Below the pieces are notes generated by a model. That model searched no databases, was not told the DNA's origin, and saw only the letters and a list, made by a program, of their open reading frames with translations. 33,688 bases of DNA from a virus. Lineage: Duplodnaviria > Caudoviricetes. Position numbers and translations under genes: made by a program. Shown piece by piece: positions 27,615 through 33,688 of this stretch. Position 1 is the first letter of the stretch; each line of letters opens with the position of its first letter. Location: positions 1-33,688 of IMG/VR virus record IMGVR_UViG_3300016474_000578; one strand, 5' to 3'.

Positions 27615-27845
27615 ATGCACACACCCAATCCCAACAATTACCGCATGTGGTTAGGCGAGGAAGTAAACAAGGCTTTATTTACTCTTGTTGCCAATAAGAA
27701 CTCCAACGCCCTAAAGGAGCTATCCGTCACAGAGTACGTCGAAAAGATGATCGCGCACTGGTGGAAGCAAGAATTTCCCGATGTTCCCGTGCCGTTTAAT
27801 GTCAAGCGGTACGATGCAGATTTAGATTTTGTACAATCTGGTTAA
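27615..27845 (+). CDS. Possible ribbon-helix-helix protein
   Basis: YRMWLGEEV..L..SVTEYVEKMI pattern. Confidence 0.45.
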   Translation: MHTPNPNNYRMWLGEEVNKALFTLVANKNSNALKELSVTEYVEKMIAHWWKQEFPDVPVPFNVKRYDADLDFVQSG

Positions 27846-27860
27846 ATCATAGTTAGTTGC
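27820..27860 (+). other. Candidate attI-like primary insertion site (crossover G27852|TT)
   Basis: GTTAGTTGC at 27852-27860 is the reverse complement of R'' of attC1; no attC hairpin upstream. Confidence 0.65.
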
Positions 27861-27871
27861 TTAGGAGAAAA

Positions 27872-28114
27872 ATGATAACTGTTCAAACTGAAATAGCCGA
27901 GAAGGTAGCATGTATTTGTTGCGGTGCTGAAAAGTATGCCACGCAATCACCGTATCTATGTCACAACTGCTGGAAAAATGGCGAAGCTGCCAAACTTATT
28001 CAGCAACTAACACAGCGTGCACTTGACGGGCTGTGGGCATGTGAAAATTGCGGAGACTGGCTTGAAAATGGAGAGTGTAAGAATTGCGAGTCTCCATTAG
28101 CCGCCCGCAAGTAA
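27872..28114 (+). CDS. Cassette 1 gene: Cys-rich zinc-finger protein
   Basis: AGGAG RBS; four CxxC motifs; stop codon in L' of attC1. Confidence 0.75.
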   Translation: MITVQTEIAEKVACICCGAEKYATQSPYLCHNCWKNGEAAKLIQQLTQRALDGLWACENCGDWLENGECKNCESPLAARK

Positions 28115-28129
28115 CGCAAACCGTTAGCC
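28005..28129 (+). repeat. attC1 (125 bp)
   Basis: aactaac-acagcgtgcacttgacgggc...gcccgcaagtaacgcaaacc-gttagcc. Confidence 0.9.
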
Positions 28130-28150
28130 CGCTCTGGGCAAAGGAGAATA

Positions 28151-28531
28151 ATGTCTAAAATATTACGATTACTTGATTTATCTTTTGAGGCTTGGGCAAC
28201 TCTCGACCACACATTTCACGAGAGGCTGGCAGGCGATTTGTACGAAGCCATCGAGGATGTTAGAAACGAAAATAACACATCTCAAATGGAGGCTTTCGAC
28301 GAGGCTCTTGAATGGGCAGCAAGTTGGATCACTGGGGCGCAGTTACTTGGTCGCAGTGAAGAAATCCAAGAATATGCCAGCAACATGGCAATGTCCATTC
28401 GGGCGGCTAAACGCGGGCTAACACAGCGTGCACCCGACGTTTGCCCCGCAGATGGTGGTAAGCATAGTTGGCATCCAAACAAAGATAATTATTTAATTTA
28501 CTCGTGTCGCAAATGCGGGGCACGCGGGTAA
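28151..28531 (+). CDS. Cassette 2 gene: hypothetical with C-terminal Cys/His motif
   Basis: AAGGAG RBS; stop codon in L' of attC2. Confidence 0.75.
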   Translation: MSKILRLLDLSFEAWATLDHTFHERLAGDLYEAIEDVRNENNTSQMEAFDEALEWAASWITGAQLLGRSEEIQEYASNMAMSIRAAKRGLTQRAPDVCPADGGKHSWHPNKDNYLIYSCRKCGARG

Positions 28532-28546
28532 CGCAAACCGTTAGCC
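28416..28546 (+). repeat. attC2 (131 bp)
   Basis: ggctaac-acagcgtgcacccgacgt...acgcgggtaacgcaaacc-gttagcc. Confidence 0.9.
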
Positions 28547-28567
28547 CGCTCTGGGCAAAGGAGTGTC

Positions 28568-28852
28568 ATGGTAGATATTACAAAAATTTCAGAAGAAGAA
28601 TTGAACAACGATTACAGAATCGCGCATAACGAAAGGCAGTTTTGCGAAATGGCTATGTTTGCAGGTCTTAAAGAATACAATGGTGTTGACCTTGCAGAGC
28701 AGATTATGAAAGCAAATACTATTATGGAAAAGATAATGTCTGAAATCAATCGGCGCGGGCTAACACAGCGTGTACCTGACACTTTGGACTCTGTCGCATC
28801 TAAAGCAGTTTTCAAAGCCTCAGCCAAATTCACTTTAGAAGATGAATCTTAA
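28568..28852 (+). CDS. Cassette 3 gene: hypothetical protein
   Basis: AAGGAG RBS; stops inside the attC3 loop. Confidence 0.75.
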   Translation: MVDITKISEEELNNDYRIAHNERQFCEMAMFAGLKEYNGVDLAEQIMKANTIMEKIMSEINRRGLTQRVPDTLDSVASKAVFKASAKFTLEDES

Positions 28853-28886
28853 CCTGCCAAAGTGCAGGTAACGCAATCCGTTAGGT
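28758..28886 (+). repeat. attC3 (129 bp)
   Basis: ggctaac-acagcgtgtacctgacactttgg...ccaaagtgcaggtaacgcaatcc-gttaggt. Confidence 0.9.
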
Positions 28887-28893
28887 GGCTGAA

Positions 28894-29214
28894 ATGCAAA
28901 ATTTGATAACTGATGAAGAATGGAAAATGTTGTCAGCGGAAAGCCGTCATCGGCTGAATCTCTTGCTTGCTTATCCGTGTGAATGGCAAATCCACGATGA
29001 AGAAGCAAACGCATGGGAATCTGCCTGCGGGCTTGTGTGGTGGTTTGAGGTCGGTTCGCCAGCAGAAAATGAAATGGCGTATTGTCCTAAATGTGGTCGC
29101 CACCTAACACAGCGTGCAGTGGATGAAGGGGATTCGTCCGCTCCCGAAGGTGATGCGTCACCCGAAGTTTTACCCGCTGGTGAGGCTGGTTCTACGCCCG
29201 CCCTTCACCACTAA
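28894..29214 (+). CDS. Cassette 4 gene: zinc-ribbon-like protein
   Basis: CEW..WESACG..YCPKCGR; stop codon in L' of attC4. Confidence 0.75.
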   Translation: MQNLITDEEWKMLSAESRHRLNLLLAYPCEWQIHDEEANAWESACGLVWWFEVGSPAENEMAYCPKCGRHLTQRAVDEGDSSAPEGDASPEVLPAGEAGSTPALHH

Positions 29215-29229
29215 CGCAAACCGTTCGGC
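29102..29229 (+). repeat. attC4 (128 bp)
   Basis: acctaac-acagcgtgcagtggatgaaggg...cccttcaccactaacgcaaacc-gttcggc. Confidence 0.9.
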
Positions 29230-29263
29230 GGACGCTCACTGAACATAACGAAAGGAAAATAAA

Positions 29264-29488
29264 ATGACAAAGGTAATGGTGTTCAATTTCAAAACTATGC
29301 AGTTTGAGCAAGCCAGCGAGGAAGAGGGCAATGATCTTCTTTCGCTAATCAGTGCTATGAATAGCGAATGCGCCGCCGAACAAAACATGCACGCGGACGG
29401 GGCTTGCCCCAAGTGCGGCGCAGAAGGTTACGTCATCTTAGGTGATGGGCGAAAATATTGTAATATCTGCAAAACGCCCCGCCGGTAA
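29264..29488 (+). CDS. Cassette 5 gene: small zinc-ribbon protein
   Basis: AAGGA RBS; CPKC..CNIC encoded within attC5. Confidence 0.75.
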   Translation: MTKVMVFNFKTMQFEQASEEEGNDLLSLISAMNSECAAEQNMHADGACPKCGAEGYVILGDGRKYCNICKTPRR

Positions 29489-29502
29489 TGCAGCCGTTAG
29501 CC
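29375..29502 (+). repeat. attC5 (128 bp)
   Basis: gccgaac-aaaacatgcacgcggacggggc...gccccgccggtaatgcagcc-gttagcc. Confidence 0.85.
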
Positions 29503-29538
29503 GCAAACTGGCTTGAAGTTGGAGAAAAGGAAATTATC

Positions 29539-29748
29539 ATGCCTCTAAAAGTTACTATCATCGTATCCGTACAAGACGCAGAACATGATCGCTATAGCGA
29601 CCCAAGCGGTCAAGAAAGTGTTGAGCTTTATTGCATTGAAACTTCCGAAATTGAACAGGCTTCAAACGCGGTAGCCTCGTCACTCGTGAAGGTTGCCAAT
29701 CTGAAATATAAGGCTGAAATCGCCGAGAAAGAATTAGAAGGCGGCTAA
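29539..29748 (+). CDS. Cassette 6 gene: hypothetical protein
   Basis: AAGGA RBS; stop TAA lies in R'' (canonical cassette layout). Confidence 0.75.
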   Translation: MPLKVTIIVSVQDAEHDRYSDPSGQESVELYCIETSEIEQASNAVASSLVKVANLKYKAEIAEKELEGG

Positions 29749-29831
29749 CAAAGCGTGCACCCGACGCCGCGCCACAGTCGCATTTTTTGGACAGGTTACG
29801 GGCGCGGCGCGGGTAACGCAAGCCGTTAGGT
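29743..29831 (+). repeat. attC6 (89 bp)
   Basis: ggctaac-aaagcgtgcacccgacgccgcgcc...ggcgcggcgcgggtaacgcaagcc-gttaggt. Confidence 0.9.
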
Positions 29832-29838
29832 GGCTTCC

Positions 29839-30234
29839 ATGCTATCCGTTTACGACAAAATACAAAACGCTTGTTTTCAACTCAATCACGACGCATATAT
29901 TTTGCAGTCGAAAACCAAGAAGCACATGCGCCAATTCTCGCCGTGTGAAAAATCGCTTGTCTTGCTAGAGTGCTTGCGTGAAGAAACTCACTTCGGTATG
30001 GCTATGGCTGTTGCTTCTAGAACTCACTGCAATTGTCACAACAATCTTTCCGAAGATGGCTTGTGGGCTATGTGTTTCGATGACACTGCCCGTCAAAATC
30101 ATTATGCTGGTGCGGCGCGCCACCTAACAAAGCGTGCAGGCGACGAAGGGGATTCTCCCGCTTCCAAGCCTTTGTCCACACTCGAAGTTAGTCCCGCTGA
30201 GCAGGCATTATCTACGCCCGCCCTTCGCGCCTAA
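29839..30234 (+). CDS. Cassette 7 gene: hypothetical Cys/His-rich protein
   Basis: Stop codon in L' of attC7. Confidence 0.7.
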   Translation: MLSVYDKIQNACFQLNHDAYILQSKTKKHMRQFSPCEKSLVLLECLREETHFGMAMAVASRTHCNCHNNLSEDGLWAMCFDDTARQNHYAGAARHLTKRAGDEGDSPASKPLSTLEVSPAEQALSTPALRA

Positions 30235-30249
30235 CGCAAACCGTTGGGC
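30122..30249 (+). repeat. attC7 (128 bp)
   Basis: acctaac-aaagcgtgcaggcgacgaaggg...cccttcgcgcctaacgcaaacc-gttgggc. Confidence 0.9.
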
Positions 30250-30265
30250 GCAGGAGCGAAGTAGC

Positions 30266-30979
30266 ATGAAAGCAAAGAAAGTTCTCAACCTTTACGCTGG
30301 GCTTGGCGGCAATCGTAAGTTATGGCAAGATGTCGAAGTTACTGCCGTTGAAATGGAACAAGATATAGCCGATGTTTACAAGGCACAATTTCCAAACGAC
30401 ACAGTTATTATCGGCGACGCTCACCAATATCTTTTAGATCACTCCGATGAGTTTGATTTTGTTTGGACTTCGCCACCTTGCCAGAGCCATAGTCGAATGA
30501 TGAAAGCCACTCGCCACAAGGTACGCAAATATCCTGACATGGCTTTATATCAGCAAGTGATTTTCTTGCAAAACTTTTTCAAAGGTCAATGGGTTGTCGA
30601 GAATGTGAAGCCTTATTATGAGCCTTTGATAAAGCCAGCGGCAATACTTGGCAGGCATTATTTCTGGTCAAACTTTGCCATCTCACAGTTTGAAGTACCA
30701 AGCCCGAAAGGTTTTATCACAGCAGGCACGGTTGCCGAAACTCAAAAATTGAAAGATTGGTTAGGTATCCAATACGAAGGAAATATTTATTACAAAGGCA
30801 ATCACTGTCCTGGTCAGGTGTTGCGTAATGCAGTTCATCCGCTTTTAGGCGAGCATGTTTTCCTTTGCGCCCAACAAACGGTTGCACCTGACCGCTTTCA
30901 GCGTGAGTCCGCCGCCGTCATTCCCCTGCAAAGTAATCTCTTTGCGGATGTACCGCCCGCTACAATCAGCGGCAGGTAA
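30266..30979 (+). CDS. Cassette 8 gene: C5-cytosine DNA methyltransferase
   Basis: LYAGLGG (I), SPPCQ (IV), VENV (VI), GRHYFW (VIII), RNAVHP (X); AGGAG RBS. Confidence 0.9.
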   Translation: MKAKKVLNLYAGLGGNRKLWQDVEVTAVEMEQDIADVYKAQFPNDTVIIGDAHQYLLDHSDEFDFVWTSPPCQSHSRMMKATRHKVRKYPDMALYQQVIFLQNFFKGQWVVENVKPYYEPLIKPAAILGRHYFWSNFAISQFEVPSPKGFITAGTVAETQKLKDWLGIQYEGNIYYKGNHCPGQVLRNAVHPLLGEHVFLCAQQTVAPDRFQRESAAVIPLQSNLFADVPPATISGR

Positions 30980-30994
30980 ACCGAGCCGTTAGCC
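30869..30994 (+). repeat. attC8 (126 bp)
   Basis: gcccaac-aaacggttgcacctgaccgct...agcggcaggtaaaccgagcc-gttagcc. Confidence 0.88.
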
Positions 30995-31086
30995 CGCTAT
31001 CCCGTGACCCGTCAAGCCGCCCGTGTGGCAAAAGTGCAAAAACGGTCTTTAAGTCACCGCGTAGGTGGTAAGCGCGCGGAAATAAT

Positions 31087-31118
31087 AAAAACCGACTCCC
31101 ACCACGAATGGGAGTCGG
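31087..31118 (-). terminator. Intrinsic terminator downstream of the second recombinase
   Basis: ccgactccca/tgggagtcgg stem; T-tract on the minus strand. Confidence 0.65.
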
Positions 31119-31180
31119 CAGCGCAGAAAGACGGAGCCGATCTGCATTCATATTCTACCAAATACCAAAGTCAAATAAAA

Positions 31181-31211
31181 GATTATGTGGTTAGGCTATA
31201 ACCACATAATC
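31181..31211. repeat. Perfect 13-5-13 inverted repeat (terminator or recombinase site)
   Basis: gattatgtggtta-ggcta-taaccacataatc. Confidence 0.7.
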
Positions 31212-32116
31212 TATTTTTTATTGAAAATCCTATCATACGCCTCATCCAGGGCGCCACCCAAATGAGCGTAACGGTTCGTCGTCTGAATGCTCTTATGACG
31301 CGCCAACTCCTGCGAGATCTTGAGGTCGCCAGACGCAAGATACGTGACGGTCACAAAATAATGACGAAAATCGTGAATTCTTATGGAGTTTCGATCAACA
31401 CCCGCTTCCGCAATTCGACCAACCACACCGCGCGCTGGATCTCCCTTTATCGCTTTCCACATCCCAGACGGCACAACCCGTTTTATTTTTTTTGATGCAG
31501 ACTTATCGTGTCTCGCAAAGACAGGCTGAGAGGCGAGGGGAGAGCGCGAATTTGTGTCGATGCTTGCCCGTGCCTGTAAATATTCCTTTAGCGCCGCAAT
31601 GGCACGATTCGAGAATCGCACCACCGCTTGTTTGTCGCCCTTGCCAACAATAACCGCCCACTGCTCCCTCCAGTCAATATCACCGCGTTTCAGGCTGCAA
31701 GCCTCGGAAATACGCAGTCCTGTATCAACAAGCGTCAACACAAATGCCCTGTCGCGTAGAGCGAGCAAGTCACCGCGCAGCTTTTCGCAATATTGAATAA
31801 CGCGCTCAATTCCCTCTCGGTCGAAGTTGACAACCCTATCCCCCTGTAAGCTGATATAGTGTCGATCTGCCGCGTCCATCCTGGCTGTGTCGCCAACGCC
31901 AATGAAATTATATAAACTGCGAACTGCTGTCCTGTATTGTTTTTGAGTGGTGGGGGAGTGGTCATGAAGCGCGTGCAAAAACCTGGTGTAATTCTCAACC
32001 GTCAACTCACCGCCTGTTATGATGACAAATTGATTGATCGCGTTCTTATACGACCGGATTGTTTTGGGAGAGCGATTCAAGGTTGTTAGAAAGTGGTTTA
32101 TTTGAGCCTGGGTCAT
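31211..32116 (-). CDS. Second tyrosine recombinase (XerC/D-like)
   Basis: SPKTIRSY, RDRA..TGLRISE, GKG, HDFRHY, LARH, RYAH; start MTQAQ with AGAGGA RBS. Confidence 0.92.
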   Translation of the reverse strand: MTQAQINHFLTTLNRSPKTIRSYKNAINQFVIITGGELTVENYTRFLHALHDHSPTTQKQYRTAVRSLYNFIGVGDTARMDAADRHYISLQGDRVVNFDREGIERVIQYCEKLRGDLLALRDRAFVLTLVDTGLRISEACSLKRGDIDWREQWAVIVGKGDKQAVVRFSNRAIAALKEYLQARASIDTNSRSPLASQPVFARHDKSASKKIKRVVPSGMWKAIKGDPARGVVGRIAEAGVDRNSIRIHDFRHYFVTVTYLASGDLKISQELARHKSIQTTNRYAHLGGALDEAYDRIFNKK

Positions 32117-32169
32117 TTTTCCTCTCTTTATTTTAGGTGAATGTTCCAATAATTATACTTACCTAAGAT

Positions 32170-32207
32170 AAAAAACACAACGGGAGGTCGTTTTGACCTC
32201 CCGTTGT
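32170..32207 (-). terminator. Terminator of the late operon
   Basis: acaacgggaggtc/gacctcccgttgt 13-bp stem plus T-tract. Confidence 0.8.
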
Positions 32208-32232
32208 TACTCACCCATCGTTGTATAAAACA

Positions 32233-32427
32233 TCACTTAATCACACCCTGCTCATTCGCCATACCAAGTAACCGCAAAGCCGCAGCAAGCGCATTTTCAA
32301 GTTCCTTCTTGGTCAAGCTGCTCACTGGCTTCCCTTTGCTCTTCGCGGTTTCCGCCTTCAGTGCATCCAGCCGCGCCTTTTTCGTTTCGTCAGTATAGGT
32401 CACACGTTTTCCATTTTTTTTGATCAT
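32233..32427 (-). CDS. Small hypothetical protein
   Basis: GGAGG RBS; ATGA overlap. Confidence 0.6.
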   Translation of the reverse strand: MIKKNGKRVTYTDETKKARLDALKAETAKSKGKPVSSLTKKELENALAAALRLLGMANEQGVIK

Positions 32428-32960
32428 ATTGCAGCAACCTCCAGACTGATGTTGTTCCATGCGATTACCAAAAGGACAGTCGTATCACTAGATAGCTCGA
32501 ACTCACCATACCCATCTGCGTCTGTAGATATATCCAACAGCTCATTATTGACCATGACTACCTCTGTTGAATTTGCAACTCCCCCCGCAATGTAAACAGT
32601 TACAAAATCAACGCCATTCGCAGTAATAATCGGATCTCCATTTTTAATTCCGATCTCTGGAGCCTTTACCCACAAACATGTAGTATCATTCAAAATATAG
32701 TTACCTTCCGGTTTAGGCGGAATGAACGCATCTCGTGCATGATCGTATGAATATCCTATACCTGCATAATTTTTGCGATACGGCTGTCCAGTGGATGACT
32801 CTCCACCATGCGTGTCATACGATGTGCGCTTACATGTCAGACCGCGATACTGACCATACCAAGTTTCAGGGTCTAATCCTTCTATCAATTCAGTTTCGTC
32901 AATACCTGATATGACTTCAACAACAATATTGTTTTCATTCAAAAATGCATAATGTGCCAT
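32424..32960 (-). CDS. Tail fibre-associated protein
   Basis: MAHYAFLNENNIVVEVI..KRTSY..RKNYAGIGYSYD..DAFIPPKP, a family usually found after Gly-rich fibre genes. Confidence 0.7.
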   Translation of the reverse strand: MAHYAFLNENNIVVEVISGIDETELIEGLDPETWYGQYRGLTCKRTSYDTHGGESSTGQPYRKNYAGIGYSYDHARDAFIPPKPEGNYILNDTTCLWVKAPEIGIKNGDPIITANGVDFVTVYIAGGVANSTEVVMVNNELLDISTDADGYGEFELSSDTTVLLVIAWNNISLEVAAI

Positions 32961-32961
32961 A

Positions 32962-33688
32962 TTAGCTCCAACTCACATTCCCGGTCCCAGCCGTGATGGT
33001 CGTCACTTTATACCCACCCGAAGGTGCAGCTGTAGATCCCGTCAACCCTGCCCCGATTGTGATCGTAAACGTGTCAGGGTACTTCAATAACACAACGCCA
33101 GACCCGCCAGCAGAGCCTACTTTGCTAGATCCACCACCACCACCGCCGCCGCCTGTATTTACAGTGCCCGCCGTTGAACTATTTGTGCCATCTGCACCAT
33201 TGCCCCCACCGCCAGTTCCACCTGTTCCCCTCGTCGTATTCTGTGCGCCGCCCCCGCCACCACCTGCATAAGTGGACGCATTTATCGAGTTTGTTGATCC
33301 CGCGCCACCGTTACCAGTTGTAGATCCATTAACGCCAACGGCACCCTTTCCGCCGCCACCTCCGGCTCTAACAGTACCAGACAGATTGTTATATTCAGTA
33401 CCGCCATTATTGCCCTGCCCAGACGTACCGTTTCCGAGCGTCTTGCCATTGTACGACGCGCCTCCACCAGATCCGCCATTACCAGCGTTACCGTTTGTAT
33501 TGTCTGCACCTTTTCCGCCGCCAGTTGCAGTGATGCTATAAAAAACAGAATCGCTACCATTGGTATTTATGGCACCACCACCGCCAACCGTGACAGTATA
33601 ATTTGTAGATATTGTGATGTCCGGCATTGAAGATTCCAACATGCCACCAGCCCCACCCCCCCCAGAAGAACCTGAGCCGCCAGATCCA
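32962..33688 (-). CDS. Glycine-rich tail fibre-type protein, 3' part (289 aa in total, starting at 143)
   Basis: YTVTVGGGG, GGSGGG, YAGGGGGG, NTGGGGGG, GGSGVVLLKYP motifs. Confidence 0.85.
   Translation of the reverse strand, partial: GSGGSGSSGGGGAGGMLESSMPDITISTNYTVTVGGGGAINTNGSDSVFYSITATGGGKGADNTNGNAGNGGSGGGASYNGKTLGNGTSGQGNNGGTEYNNLSGTVRAGGGGGKGAVGVNGSTTGNGGAGSTNSINASTYAGGGGGGAQNTTRGTGGTGGGGNGADGTNSSTAGTVNTGGGGGGGGSSKVGSAGGSGVVLLKYPDTFTITIGAGLTGSTAAPSGGYKVTTITAGTGNVSWS

Larger units (their letters stand above)
27853..30988 (+). mobile_element. Array of 8 integron-type gene cassettes
   Basis: Cassettes 27853-28123, 28124-28540, 28541-28880, 28881-29223, 29224-29496, 29497-29825, 29826-30243, 30244-30988; one gene and one attC each. 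Confidence 0.92.
1..33688. mobile_element. Complete circular temperate phage genome (siphovirus-like), excised form
   Basis: Full set of packaging, head, tail, lysis, replication and integration modules; ORF continuous across the end/start join; intact attP next to the integrase. Confidence 0.93.

Noticed and set aside
30134-30265. N-terminal extension of the methyltransferase given by the ORF track
   Set aside because: It lies in the previous cassette's attC; an RBS and motif I support ATG 30266
28005-30994. Recurring ctaacacagcgtgca / taacgcaaaccgtt motifs as a CRISPR array, REP elements or simple terminators
   Set aside because: Spacing is gene-sized, arms are paired and covary, there are no U-tracts or cas genes, and the R''/cassette-start complementarity fits attC specifically
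31004-31201. 65-aa ORF as a ninth cassette gene
   Set aside because: No RBS or attC, and it spans two hairpins; not supported as a gene
31410-31445. DPARGVVG in recombinase 2 as equivalent to the IntI1 DPRSGVVRRHH motif
   Set aside because: It lies after, not before, the helix preceding box II, and the RRHH and I2 region are missing; likely coincidental
32962-33688. ccgccgcca-type repeats as a DNA repeat element
   Set aside because: Explained by poly-glycine codons

Overview
This window appears to be the complete, circular, excised genome (33,688 bp) of a temperate siphovirus-like phage: a Gly-rich tail gene reads in frame across the 1/33688 join, and an intact attP (3' half of a CAU-anticodon tRNA) sits beside an integrase. 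The host is probably Chloroflexota/Anaerolineae, which is a weak inference from gene style. The minus strand carries replication, lysis, packaging, head and tail genes; the plus strand carries an early operon (gp157/Gam-like gene, bet). The stand-out feature is an array of eight integron-type gene cassettes (27853-30988) at the end of the early operon. Each ends in an attC-like hairpin, and in 8 of 8 cases the R'' box is the exact reverse complement of that cassette's own first bases, as expected from real G|TT site-specific insertion of circular cassettes. Seven of the eight genes are translated into or through their attC, three attC loops encode zinc-ribbon motifs, and no IntI is encoded, although a second Xer-like tyrosine recombinase flanks the array. 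Other unexplained structure: a membrane-protein gene with a predicted -1 frameshift into a second domain, lying in a cluster of 19 copies of a 10-bp DNA motif; two covarying copies of a structured leader/terminator RNA heading the late operons; and a candidate small RNA with C-rich loops. All calls were made by eye, with no database searches.
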